Source of the DNA: Pseudomonadota bacterium
GTDB taxonomy: Bacteria; Pseudomonadota; Alphaproteobacteria; Rickettsiales; SXRF01
Reading direction: 5' to 3'
Length of the DNA stretch: 64,000 nucleotides
NCBI GenBank assembly: GCA_038043465.1
Contig: JBBTBX010000001.1
Location: 30,686-94,685 of the forward strand
Positions 1 through 8,440 of the stretch are shown here, piece after piece. Position numbers and translations under genes: made by a program. Every line of letters begins with the position of its first letter. The first letter of the stretch is position 1. The notes under the pieces were generated by a model. It was not told the origin of the DNA. It made no database searches and saw only the letters and a list, made by a program, of their open reading frames with translations.

Positions 1-564
1 CCAATCAGAAAGAACACGGGTTCCACCGGTAACCGCGTCACAATCGCTGCCTGATTCACGGATTACCGGAGCTGATTCACCGGTTATGGCACTTTCATCG
101 ACGGAGGCTATGCCATATACTACTTGCCCGTCGCTGGGGATGGCATCGCCAGCCTCAATCAATACCAGATCGTCTTTCTGCAGTCTTGACGCGGGGATGC
201 TTTCATATTCATTTCTTTTTTCGATGCTGCGGATTTTTTTTGCATTCACCTCTTTACGCAGAGTACGCAGACTCTCAGCCTGGGTTTTGCCTCTATCCTC
301 GGCGAGGCTTTCGGCAAAATTGGAAAAGAGAACGGTTATCCATAGCCATATCGCTACCCAGAATGTGAACCATTGTGGCTCTTTTCCTATGTTTCCGCCC
401 ATAAGAGAGTATATATATAGACCGGAAACTACGATTGTTCCCAGATAGACAACGAATACCACAGGATTGCGGATTTGTACCGCCGGAGAAAGCTTCACAA
501 ACGCCTGAACGACAGAACGGGCTATGCTGGCATTGTTGGTTTTTAAAGGGTGCTGGTTGCTCAT
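1..564 (-). CDS. kdpB: K+-transporting P-type ATPase subunit KdpB, N-terminal 188 codons (gene continues past window start)
   Basis: Reverse translation from ATG at 562-564 gives MSNQHPLK...NFAESLAEDRGKTQAESL...SVDESAITGESAPVIRESG...TGGTRVLSDW, the conserved KdpB N-terminus. ATGA overlap with the kdpA stop. Confidence 0.9.
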   Translation of the reverse strand, partial: MSNQHPLKTNNASIARSVVQAFVKLSPAVQIRNPVVFVVYLGTIVVSGLYIYSLMGGNIGKEPQWFTFWVAIWLWITVLFSNFAESLAEDRGKTQAESLRTLRKEVNAKKIRSIEKRNEYESIPASRLQKDDLVLIEAGDAIPSDGQVVYGIASVDESAITGESAPVIRESGSDCDAVTGGTRVLSDW

Positions 565-2309
565 TTGGCTACCGTGATATTGTTTATTGAGATTTTGTCA
601 TTTACCAAGCTTTCTATATGGAAATGCTCGGCTACCGGCCCAAGGACAATCGCCGGGACATAGGTTAGTATTCCAACGATTATAAGTATCCAGGTAAGGA
701 GAAAAACAAAAAGTGGTGTGTGCGTTGGTAAGGTTCCGGCATTGGTCGGGGTTATGTTTTTACCGGCAAAAGAACCAGCAATGGCGAAAGCAGCAATTAT
801 GACAAAATAGCGGCTGAAGAACATGGCAATTCCGAGTGAAATATTATAAAATTCAGTATTAGCTTTGATACCGGCAAATGAAGCACCATCGTTATTTCCT
901 GCCGAAGAAAAAGCGTATAATATTTCGCTGAAACCCTGCGCTCCTGAGTTCAGTATTGCAGCTTTTCCGGCATCGGTGGAAATGGCGATGGCGGTTCCGA
1001 ATAATACAATAACCGCAGGAAAAATTACTATAAGAGATGCCATTTTTATCTCAAAAGCGTTTATTTTTTTGCCCATATATTCAGGGACTCTGCCGACCAT
1101 CAGACTGCCAACAAAAACAGTGAGGATTACGAAAGCCATTATGTTATATATGCCGCTGCCTATTCCGCCAAAAATAACCTCGCTGAACTGAGTGAGGATG
1201 ACGGGAGAGAGTGCACCAAGAGGAAAAAAAGAATCGAGCGCGGAATTGGATGAGCCGTTGGAAGTTGCAGTTGCTATGGAGGCGTGCAGCGCGGAGCTTG
1301 TCGTACCAAAACGGATTTCCTTGCCCTCCATATTGCCTTCCTGGGTATCAATTACGCTGGTATCAAATAATGGATTTCCTTTTTTCTCGCTGACTACTGA
1401 CAGGATGAGCAATGGTATGAAAATAATCGACATGGTGGCGATGAGAGCCCAGCCCTGCCTTCTATCGCCAATCATGCAACCAAAAGCATAAGTAAGGGCG
1501 GTTGGTATCAGCAATATAGCAATGCTTTGAATAAAATTACTGAGTGGAGTTGGATTCTCAAAGGGATGCGCTCCGTTTGCGCCAAAAAACCCACCACCGC
1601 TGCTGCCTATGGTTCGCATTGCAACCTGCGAGGCGACAGCACCTCCGGGGATTCGGGATTCGGGATTCAGGGTTTGGGTTTCAAGAGGCTCATAACTTGT
1701 GTAGCTATTAAAGTTCTGCACTACGCCTTGTGACGCTAGAAATATAGCAAAAATGAAGCTTAATGGGAGGAATATATAAACAATTCCGCGCACAACATCG
1801 ACATAGAAATTGCCAATGGTTTTCATCTGTCTGCGGAAAATGCCACGGGAGATGGCGGCGAATGCGGTTAGTCCGGTTGCGGTGGAAATGAAATTCTGGA
1901 CGCTAAGACCTATGGTCTGGGAAAAATTGCTTAAAATATTTTCGCCGGAGTAGCTTTGCCAATTACCGTTGGTTACAAAGCTGATTGCGATGTTGAATGC
2001 AAGATCAGGTCTGACGGACGCAAAATTCTGAGGATTGAGTGGTAGTATATCCTGAAAAACTAATATGAAGAATAGCAGGGAAAAGCCAAGAAAACCTAGC
2101 AGAATCACGGAACCGGCATATTGCATCCAGTTCATTTCCTTGTTTTCATCAATGGCGCAAATGCGGTAAATCAGCCTCTCCAGCCAGCCAAGCGGTTTTT
2201 CCATGTAGGTTTGTCTGCCCATAAAGACGAGGGCGATATATTTCCCCAGAGGTTTTATCAGGATGGCAACAATGGCAAGGGATATAATAATGTGTAGGAA
2301 TTCTGACAT
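561..2309 (-). CDS. kdpA: K+-transporting ATPase subunit KdpA
   Basis: 582-aa polytopic membrane ORF with the KdpA-like N-terminus (IKPLGKYIALVF) and the usual position upstream of kdpB. Confidence 0.95.
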   Translation of the reverse strand: MSEFLHIIISLAIVAILIKPLGKYIALVFMGRQTYMEKPLGWLERLIYRICAIDENKEMNWMQYAGSVILLGFLGFSLLFFILVFQDILPLNPQNFASVRPDLAFNIAISFVTNGNWQSYSGENILSNFSQTIGLSVQNFISTATGLTAFAAISRGIFRRQMKTIGNFYVDVVRGIVYIFLPLSFIFAIFLASQGVVQNFNSYTSYEPLETQTLNPESRIPGGAVASQVAMRTIGSSGGGFFGANGAHPFENPTPLSNFIQSIAILLIPTALTYAFGCMIGDRRQGWALIATMSIIFIPLLILSVVSEKKGNPLFDTSVIDTQEGNMEGKEIRFGTTSSALHASIATATSNGSSNSALDSFFPLGALSPVILTQFSEVIFGGIGSGIYNIMAFVILTVFVGSLMVGRVPEYMGKKINAFEIKMASLIVIFPAVIVLFGTAIAISTDAGKAAILNSGAQGFSEILYAFSSAGNNDGASFAGIKANTEFYNISLGIAMFFSRYFVIIAAFAIAGSFAGKNITPTNAGTLPTHTPLFVFLLTWILIIVGILTYVPAIVLGPVAEHFHIESLVNDKISINNITVAK

Positions 2310-2322
2310 GATTCGCGCTTCT

Positions 2323-2412
2323 TTATGGGAAAATATCCGGTTTCAAAGTGGCAACCACAAGATATATAAATAAAAAGCCGGATATAATGCCAAGGACGGT
2401 GTAAAGATCCAT
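2323..2412 (-). CDS. kdpF: KdpF-like 29-aa membrane peptide
   Basis: Hand translation MDLYTVLGIISGFLFIYLVVATLKPDIFP. Single hydrophobic helix directly upstream of kdpA, as for kdpF. Confidence 0.65.
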   Translation of the reverse strand: MDLYTVLGIISGFLFIYLVVATLKPDIFP

Positions 2413-2417
2413 AATTC

Positions 2418-2510
2418 CTATTCTTCTTTCAGAGATTCACAAAGAAATATAAGGCCTGCTGCGAGGATAAAAAATAAAGTGCCGAGCGCGAAGAATGATA
2501 ACATACTCAT
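2418..2510 (-). CDS. Second 30-aa hydrophobic peptide upstream of kdpF
   Basis: Hand translation MSMLSFFALGTLFFILAAGLIFLCESLKEE. Its stop lies 5 nt before the kdpF ATG. No homology evidence. Confidence 0.3.
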   Translation of the reverse strand: MSMLSFFALGTLFFILAAGLIFLCESLKEE

Positions 2511-2576
2511 ACCAAAATATTCATACTACATTCTATTAAATTTGTGCGGTGCAGTATAGGCTTTTGTTATTGCGTG

Positions 2577-3458
2577 TCAAGGGTGGGTGGTGGTATTAAA
2601 TTTTAAGCGGCTAGAGATTGGTAGAAATGTACAATATTTCTTTAATTCAATTAGATAACGCTCATAAGAAAATACTTCTCTACCATATTTTTTGTTAATT
2701 TCATACCCAGCCTGCAAGAAGCTTATCAGCATATCTCTAGTGGTCTTGTTTTTAATATGAACTTCATGCTTTTTCAGCATTGAAATTAGCAGGGAACGAT
2801 CGCGTGAGAAGTTTTTATATGAATCCTGTACCTGACAAAGCGAATCTTTATGAAGATAATAATTATGCAGTTTATGGCGAAAATAAAAACATCTGCTAGA
2901 ATGATCATAAATCTGACTCATGAATAATAAATCTTCGCAGTAATTAACTTTGTCAGTGTAATAGATTGTTTTTTTAGGTTTTTTAAAAACTATTGTAGAA
3001 TGTGTGTATGAGGTTATAGCCAGTAACTCATTATACTTTATCACGCGGGTAAGGGTGGAATAGTGGAGGTTCTGAAGTTTTTCATTGGTTTCATCATCAA
3101 TAACTCTGATATTAGACACTACCATTCCATATTTTTCTGCCATAGGCACTGTCATAGCCAATTTGCGCTTGTCAAAGGTATCATCGGCATCGAGTGTAGC
3201 TATAATATTAGATTTCGCCATATCTAGCGCGATATTGCGAGCGTTGGATGGGCCACTGCCAACTTTTCCAGTGCTGCCAAAACGCAGGCGTTTGTCGGTG
3301 ATATTATGCTTTGCGAGAAATTTCTGGTAATCAAATTTATCATCAGAAACTATTATTGCTTCCCAATCAGTAAAGGTTTGCGCAAATAAACTGGTTACAG
3401 ATCTTACAATGAATTTCTCGGCGCGGTATACAGGGATAATAACGGAGACAGAAGGCAT
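2577..3458 (-). CDS. Family 2 glycosyltransferase
   Basis: N-terminus SVIIPVYRAEKFIVRSVTSLFAQTFTDWEAIIVSDD and a DADD motif typical of the GT2 fold. Confidence 0.85.
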   Translation of the reverse strand: MPSVSVIIPVYRAEKFIVRSVTSLFAQTFTDWEAIIVSDDKFDYQKFLAKHNITDKRLRFGSTGKVGSGPSNARNIALDMAKSNIIATLDADDTFDKRKLAMTVPMAEKYGMVVSNIRVIDDETNEKLQNLHYSTLTRVIKYNELLAITSYTHSTIVFKKPKKTIYYTDKVNYCEDLLFMSQIYDHSSRCFYFRHKLHNYYLHKDSLCQVQDSYKNFSRDRSLLISMLKKHEVHIKNKTTRDMLISFLQAGYEINKKYGREVFSYERYLIELKKYCTFLPISSRLKFNTTTHP

Positions 3459-3460
3459 GT

Positions 3461-3874
3461 TTATTTAACCAAAGCCAGTTTCTCAAAATCTGCGCGTGTC
3501 CAAGTTGTTTCCACTCCAACTGATTCAACTTGCGGGAAAATATCAGGTTTGCACACGCGCACGCTGACGCGGTCAACCCGTCCGTCACAACGGAAAATAT
3601 GTTCAAGCAGTTCTGTCGCGCAGTTTTCCAGCAATAATTTATGTTCTCGCTTTGGCCATTCATTAACTACGAGTTCATGGACATAATCATAATTAAAACA
3701 ATCTTCTATCACTTGTGGTTTGGCAGGATATTCGCCTTCTACAACAACATTTACGAACACTCTTTGTTTTATTTGTTCGTGCGGATGAATACCAACCCCT
3801 ATGGTTGTTTCCATATTTTTAATGTGGATATTCCAGCGATGTTTTGGTGGGCTAGAGGACATGTTTGCCTCCAT
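3461..3874 (-). CDS. folB: Dihydroneopterin aldolase family protein (FolB-like)
   Basis: 137 aa; IHIKNMETTIGVGIHPHEQIKQRVFVNVVV pattern and size fit FolB. The start may be the ATG at 3862. Confidence 0.65.
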   Translation of the reverse strand: MEANMSSSPPKHRWNIHIKNMETTIGVGIHPHEQIKQRVFVNVVVEGEYPAKPQVIEDCFNYDYVHELVVNEWPKREHKLLLENCATELLEHIFRCDGRVDRVSVRVCKPDIFPQVESVGVETTWTRADFEKLALVK

Positions 3875-4574
3875 CTATATTTATAATTTGTCCGGTAATG
3901 CTACGTTGCTGCACAAGCCAAAAAACAGCTTCGGAAAGTTCATCAAGTGATGGTTGGTTTTTTAATGGTACTAGCTGCTTTATTTTTTCTTCGTAGCCAT
4001 CATGGTTTTCGCCAGAAGGGAGCATTGCACCCGGACATACGCCATTTACGCGGATGTCTGAGCCGAGGGCGCGGGCTGCCATTTTTGTAAAATCCGCGAG
4101 GGTTTTTTTGGAAAGCAGATAGGCAAAATGGCTTATCTGGTTTTGGGCAATGTCAGTGTCCAAAATATTTATTACACACGCGCCGGAATTTTTGCCGAAT
4201 TTTTTGGCGAAGGCTTGGGTTAGAAAAAACGGAGCTTTAAAATTTATCGCAAACTGGCGGTCAAAAAGTGCTTCATCGGTTTCCATAAATTCACAGCGTT
4301 CAAATATTGAAGCGTTATTTACCAGCACATTACAATGCGGCATTTTAGCGTGGATTTTTTCGATGAGTCCGGAAAGTCCTTTGCTATCACTTAAATCATG
4401 GGAGAATATCTCGCAAGCAACGCCGGTTTTCTGTATTTCTTTCTGCAAGGCAGTGGCTTCATTTTTTGAATTATTATAATGCAGGGCAATGTCAAAATTT
4501 TTGTGGGCGAAATAGGTTGCCATTGCTGCGCCGACGCGTTTTGCACCACCTGTTATGATAACTGCTTGGCGCAT
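3852..4574 (-). CDS. SDR family oxidoreductase (pteridine reductase/FolM-like by context)
   Basis: TGGAKRVG Rossmann motif and a YLLSK catalytic motif. Adjacent to the folB-like gene. Confidence 0.8.
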   Translation of the reverse strand: MRQAVIITGGAKRVGAAMATYFAHKNFDIALHYNNSKNEATALQKEIQKTGVACEIFSHDLSDSKGLSGLIEKIHAKMPHCNVLVNNASIFERCEFMETDEALFDRQFAINFKAPFFLTQAFAKKFGKNSGACVINILDTDIAQNQISHFAYLLSKKTLADFTKMAARALGSDIRVNGVCPGAMLPSGENHDGYEEKIKQLVPLKNQPSLDELSEAVFWLVQQRSITGQIINIDGGKHVL

Positions 4575-5182
4575 TAGCTGGCAGCCTTTTTCAAATCACG
4601 GCTACCAGGTTTTATCGCAGGGATTTTCTGTAGCTCTGGCGGTAGCGCGTCTGGCTTATAAGTTGGAACATCGAGTTTCAGCAGAGAAATTAGTGGAATG
4701 GTGAGGCTTACATCGTTGCTGCCGCGACGATCGATAAGGCTTGCCACCGCCACAGCTTTTGCCCCAAAAGATTCGACGCACAAAACCGCTTCCATAGAGG
4801 ATTTGCCAGTAGTAACCACATCTTCCACGATTAGGATTTTCTGCCCAGCTGCAAGAGCAAAACCACGACGCAGGGCGAATTTCCCTTCCACGCGCTCGCA
4901 GAACATAGCGTCAATTTTAAGCTGCCTTCCCATTTCATAACCAACCACTACACCACCCATAGCAGGGGCAATTATTGCATCAATTTTATTTCCTGTCGCC
5001 TGCATCCACTCGCGGATTTTTAGAGTCAGGGCAGCGCATAAACGCTCGCCACGTGCCGCGTCCATCATCACCCGAGCGCATTGCAGGTAAGTTGGGCTGT
5101 GCAGACCAGATGAGAGGATAAAATGCCCGCTGAGCATTGCGCCAGCGTCTTTAAATTCCTGAATTATAGTTTGTTCGTTCAT
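4574..5182 (-). CDS. pyrE: Orotate phosphoribosyltransferase
   Basis: GHFILSSGLHSPTYLQCA and the PRPP-binding ILIVEDVVTTGKS motif. Confidence 0.9.
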   Translation of the reverse strand: MNEQTIIQEFKDAGAMLSGHFILSSGLHSPTYLQCARVMMDAARGERLCAALTLKIREWMQATGNKIDAIIAPAMGGVVVGYEMGRQLKIDAMFCERVEGKFALRRGFALAAGQKILIVEDVVTTGKSSMEAVLCVESFGAKAVAVASLIDRRGSNDVSLTIPLISLLKLDVPTYKPDALPPELQKIPAIKPGSRDLKKAAS

Positions 5183-5186
5183 ATTT

Positions 5187-5224
5187 CCCCCTCCCTAACC
5201 CTCCCCCGCAAGCGGGAGAGGGGA
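5187..5224. repeat. 38-bp GEG-type palindromic element, copy 1 (intergenic pyrE/panC)
   Basis: ccccctccctaaccctcccccgcaagcgggagagggga, identical to 38961-38998. Contains the hairpin cctcccccgc/gcgggagagg. Confidence 0.9.
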
Positions 5225-5226
5225 TG

Positions 5227-6066
5227 TTAGAGATCCTCCACTGCGATATTATCAATTAAACGCGTTTTTCCAAGCCATGCCGCAACCAGCAATATTACAT
5301 CTTCTGCCAGTTCTGAAAGTGGAGAGAGGCTTGTGCTATCACAAAGCTCCAGATATTCTACTTTGAAACCGTGCTCAGTAAGGCTGGCAACGCCTTTTGC
5401 CAGGGAATCGGCAACACTGGAATATTTCATTTCCTTCAGTGTTTGATTCATAATTGTGTGTAGAAGTGGCGCGGTTTTGCGTTCGCTTTCGGAAAGATAA
5501 CGGTTGCGCGACGAAAGTGCGAGCCCATCTTCTTCCCTGATGGTTGGGGAGGCGATTATCTCAATCGGTATGTCGAGATCTTCGATCACGCGCTCGATGA
5601 TGCAGAGCTGCTGGTAATCCTTCATGCCAAACACGGCGACATGCGGCATTATCCGAAGTAGTAGTTTAGTAACGACAGTTGCCACTCCGTCAAAATGACC
5701 GGGACGGAATTTGCCGCATAATATGGTGCTGATTTTTCCGGCACTTATTGTGGTTGTGAAACCTTCCGGATACATATCTTCCACGCTTGGCGCATAGATG
5801 ATGGAAGCTCCAAGGGTTTTAGCCAGTTCTGCGTCTGCATCCAATGTGCGCGGGTATTTATCCAGATCTTCGGTCGGCGCAAACTGAGTGGGATTTACGA
5901 AAATACTAACCACCACAATATCGGCACTCTCCAATGCTGTGGTTATCAGCGAGCCATGTCCGGTGTGCAGCGCGCCCATAGTCGGAACGAGCGCGACTTT
6001 CTTTCCGGATTGCGCCAGCTCCAGCAAGGATTGCTGCAGGGTCTCAAAGTCATTTATAATTTTCAT
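5227..6066 (-). CDS. panC: Pantoate--beta-alanine ligase
   Basis: PTMGALHTGHGSLI HIGH-type motif. Start placed at MKIINDF (ATG at 6066) rather than the longer ORF. Confidence 0.9.
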   Translation of the reverse strand: MKIINDFETLQQSLLELAQSGKKVALVPTMGALHTGHGSLITTALESADIVVVSIFVNPTQFAPTEDLDKYPRTLDADAELAKTLGASIIYAPSVEDMYPEGFTTTISAGKISTILCGKFRPGHFDGVATVVTKLLLRIMPHVAVFGMKDYQQLCIIERVIEDLDIPIEIIASPTIREEDGLALSSRNRYLSESERKTAPLLHTIMNQTLKEMKYSSVADSLAKGVASLTEHGFKVEYLELCDSTSLSPLSELAEDVILLVAAWLGKTRLIDNIAVEDL

Positions 6067-6110
6067 AGAGGGCAATTTATTAGGAAATGTAAGCAGTAGC
6101 AAGCACAATT

Positions 6111-6143
6111 AGGGATTGGGGATTAGGGATTAGGGATTGGGGA
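6111..6143. repeat. Heptanucleotide-periodic word array (GGGATTR)
   Basis: agggatt ggggatt agggatt agggatt gggga, period 7. Confidence 0.8.
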
Positions 6144-6260
6144 GAGCAAGTATTAACTAAATTTAAACTATATTATAATAATCTCTAGTGTCTAACTTTT
6201 TTAGGTATTGTTATTAGATACTAACTTTGCTATTTGTCCGCCTGCGAAAAAAGTTAAAAA

Positions 6261-6346
6261 AAATCTACCGCCTACGGCATATTATTTCGGAAATCGCCTA
6301 CGGCAATATTATTTGGAAATCGCCTACGGCAATATGACTTGGAAAT
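6261..6346 (+). repeat. Three tandem ~26-bp direct repeats ending 12 nt before the yfiR-like start
   Basis: aaatc(tac)cgcctacggcatattatttcgg / aaatcgcctacggcaatattatttgg / aaatcgcctacggcaatatgacttgg, then a partial aaat. Confidence 0.85.
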
Positions 6347-6354
6347 ATTAATTT

Positions 6355-6873
6355 ATGCTACGACGTTCTTTATCACATGGTCTGATTGCCTGCGTTTTTA
6401 CTTTATCAAGTTTAACGGCTTCTTCTGCCTTGGCGGATGATGATACTGGGTATAGGGTGAAAGTAATCTTTATTTCAAAGATTATTGGATTTATAACCCC
6501 TATATCTAAAGAGCCTAAAATTGAAGTTTGTGTTCTTGGGGATAACCCAATTCTGGATAGAGCGAGTTCTGTACAGAACATAAGCCTTGTTAAAGAAAGC
6601 AAACTCAGTAATATTAGTTCACATTGCCATGCTCTGTTTATAGGGGCTGCAGAAAGTGAAGAATATAAAGATGCATTGGCTGTGCTTAAAGGAAAACCAG
6701 TGCTCACTTTTAGTGATGCGCCTGATTTTATTGAACGTGGCGGTATGGTTATGTTCCCTCAGGGTAGAACAATTAAGCCTGTGATTAATAAAGCCGCTAT
6801 AGAAAGGGCAGGACTAAAGGCCGACCCATTGATGCTGGAAATGAAATCAGTATTCGAAGTTATTGATGATTAG
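6355..6873 (+). CDS. YfiR-like periplasmic protein (DUF4154 family)
   Basis: Signal peptide, then ISSHCHALFIGAAESEEY...KPVLTFSDAPDFIERGGMVMF, as I recall for the YfiR/DUF4154 family. Confidence 0.65.
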   Translation: MLRRSLSHGLIACVFTLSSLTASSALADDDTGYRVKVIFISKIIGFITPISKEPKIEVCVLGDNPILDRASSVQNISLVKESKLSNISSHCHALFIGAAESEEYKDALAVLKGKPVLTFSDAPDFIERGGMVMFPQGRTIKPVINKAAIERAGLKADPLMLEMKSVFEVIDD

Positions 6874-6882
6874 GGAAAACGT

Positions 6883-8391
6883 ATGTTTAGATTAAACAAT
6901 CTATCAATTAAACAGCGTCTTACTTTAATAATCATGGCTATCAGCAGTATTTCGGTGCTGATTACAGTTTTAGCAATATCAATCATTGGTGTTTATAATA
7001 TACGGAATAACCTTATCGGCGAGCTTGATGTTTCAGCATCTATCGTTGGGGATCGCAATACTGCGGCGTTAGTGTTCGATGATAACCAGCGAGCTGATGA
7101 AAGCCTGAATGTTTTTGCAGTGAAACAAACAATTATACAGGCATGTCTTTTTAATAAGGATGGGGCATTCTTCGCGCGTTACGCTAACAAAATTTTTGGT
7201 GAGGAGATTAAATGTCCGGTCGTTGTTGGTCAGTGGAAGCTTATCAAAAACAATAATATTGAAATTATGAAACCGGTTCATAAAGGTGAGGAACTGGTTG
7301 GGTATATTTATCTGGAATCGACACTGGAAGAAGTTGAAGAATATATTGAAAAGCAGATTGTGGTGGCTTTTGCAATTGTTATTTTTGGACTGCTGATTTC
7401 TTATTTTCTTGCTATTAATCTGCAGCGCAGCATATCGCGCCCGATACTTAACCTTTCTGATACTGCAAAACAGGTTTCGGCTGATAAAAATTATTCAATA
7501 CGGGCGGCGGTGCTTGGCGATAATAAGAATGACTTTAATAATGAGCTGGTGATCCTTACTAATTCTTTCAATGAGATGTTATCGGAAATTGACGCGCGCA
7601 ACGCTCAGCTTAAAAAGCAATATGACGAGCTGGAAAAAGCCAAGGATGCGGCGGAAAATGCTAACCGTGCCAAATCACAATTCCTCGCTAATATCAGCCA
7701 TGAATTACGCACGCCGCTTAATGCGGTTATCGGCTTTTCATCAATACTCATGAACCAGTTGTTTGGCCCGCTTGGTGATGGCAAATATCTTGAATATGCC
7801 AAGGATATTAATGAATCCGGCGCACATCTTCTGGATATTATCAATGATATTCTCGATCTTTCAAAAGCTGAAGCCGGTAAGCTGGTACTTAGTTATGAAG
7901 AAGTGCATATCGGCAAGGCGATCAACAAATGTATAACCATCATTACCGAACGCGCCCAGCGTGGTGGTGTGTCGGTTACTTCCGATATTCCTAAGATGTT
8001 CCCGCCTTTGGTGGTGGACAGGTTGCGCTTTATTCAGATTGTTCTTAATATCCTTTCCAATGCAGTTAAATTCACGCATGAGGGTGGAAAAGTGCATATT
8101 GCTGTGCGCGGTAAGGAAGAGGGCGGTGAATTTAAAGAATTTATGGTTATGATTTCTGATACCGGTATCGGGATGACAAAGGAAGATATTGTGTATGCCT
8201 TCAAAAGTTTCGGTCAGGTGGATAGTGGGCTTAACCGTAAGTATGAAGGTACTGGACTCGGATTGCCGCTTACCAAGAAGTTGATGGAGCTGCATAACGG
8301 TTCGATCCATATTGACAGTGAGCTTGGTAAAGGAACACTGGTTACTCTTACTTTTCCAGCTACTCCACCTGTAGGGACGTTCGTGAGTTAG
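6883..8391 (+). CDS. Sensor histidine kinase (two TM helices, periplasmic domain, HAMP, HisKA, HATPase_c)
   Basis: H-box ANISHELRTPLNAV; N and G boxes NAVKFT and DTGIGM...GTGLGL. No receiver domain and no response regulator nearby. Confidence 0.9.
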   Translation: MFRLNNLSIKQRLTLIIMAISSISVLITVLAISIIGVYNIRNNLIGELDVSASIVGDRNTAALVFDDNQRADESLNVFAVKQTIIQACLFNKDGAFFARYANKIFGEEIKCPVVVGQWKLIKNNNIEIMKPVHKGEELVGYIYLESTLEEVEEYIEKQIVVAFAIVIFGLLISYFLAINLQRSISRPILNLSDTAKQVSADKNYSIRAAVLGDNKNDFNNELVILTNSFNEMLSEIDARNAQLKKQYDELEKAKDAAENANRAKSQFLANISHELRTPLNAVIGFSSILMNQLFGPLGDGKYLEYAKDINESGAHLLDIINDILDLSKAEAGKLVLSYEEVHIGKAINKCITIITERAQRGGVSVTSDIPKMFPPLVVDRLRFIQIVLNILSNAVKFTHEGGKVHIAVRGKEEGGEFKEFMVMISDTGIGMTKEDIVYAFKSFGQVDSGLNRKYEGTGLGLPLTKKLMELHNGSIHIDSELGKGTLVTLTFPATPPVGTFVS

Positions 8392-8440
8392 GGGCGTAGT
8401 TCGTTGATGTAACTACGAGTTACGAGCTACGTATTTACGT
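8392..8440. repeat. Heptad word array/hairpin between convergent kinase and bioA
   Basis: gcgtagt tcgttga tgtaact acgagtt acgagct acgtatt; cgtagtt pairs with aactacg. Confidence 0.7.

Noticed and set aside
86-448. 120-aa and 60-aa plus-strand ORFs at the window start.
   Set aside because: The minus strand here encodes the highly conserved KdpB N-terminus.
6261-6346. Possibility that the 26-bp repeats are a mini CRISPR array.
   Set aside because: The repeats are directly adjacent with no spacers. They are not palindromic, and no cas genes are in the window.
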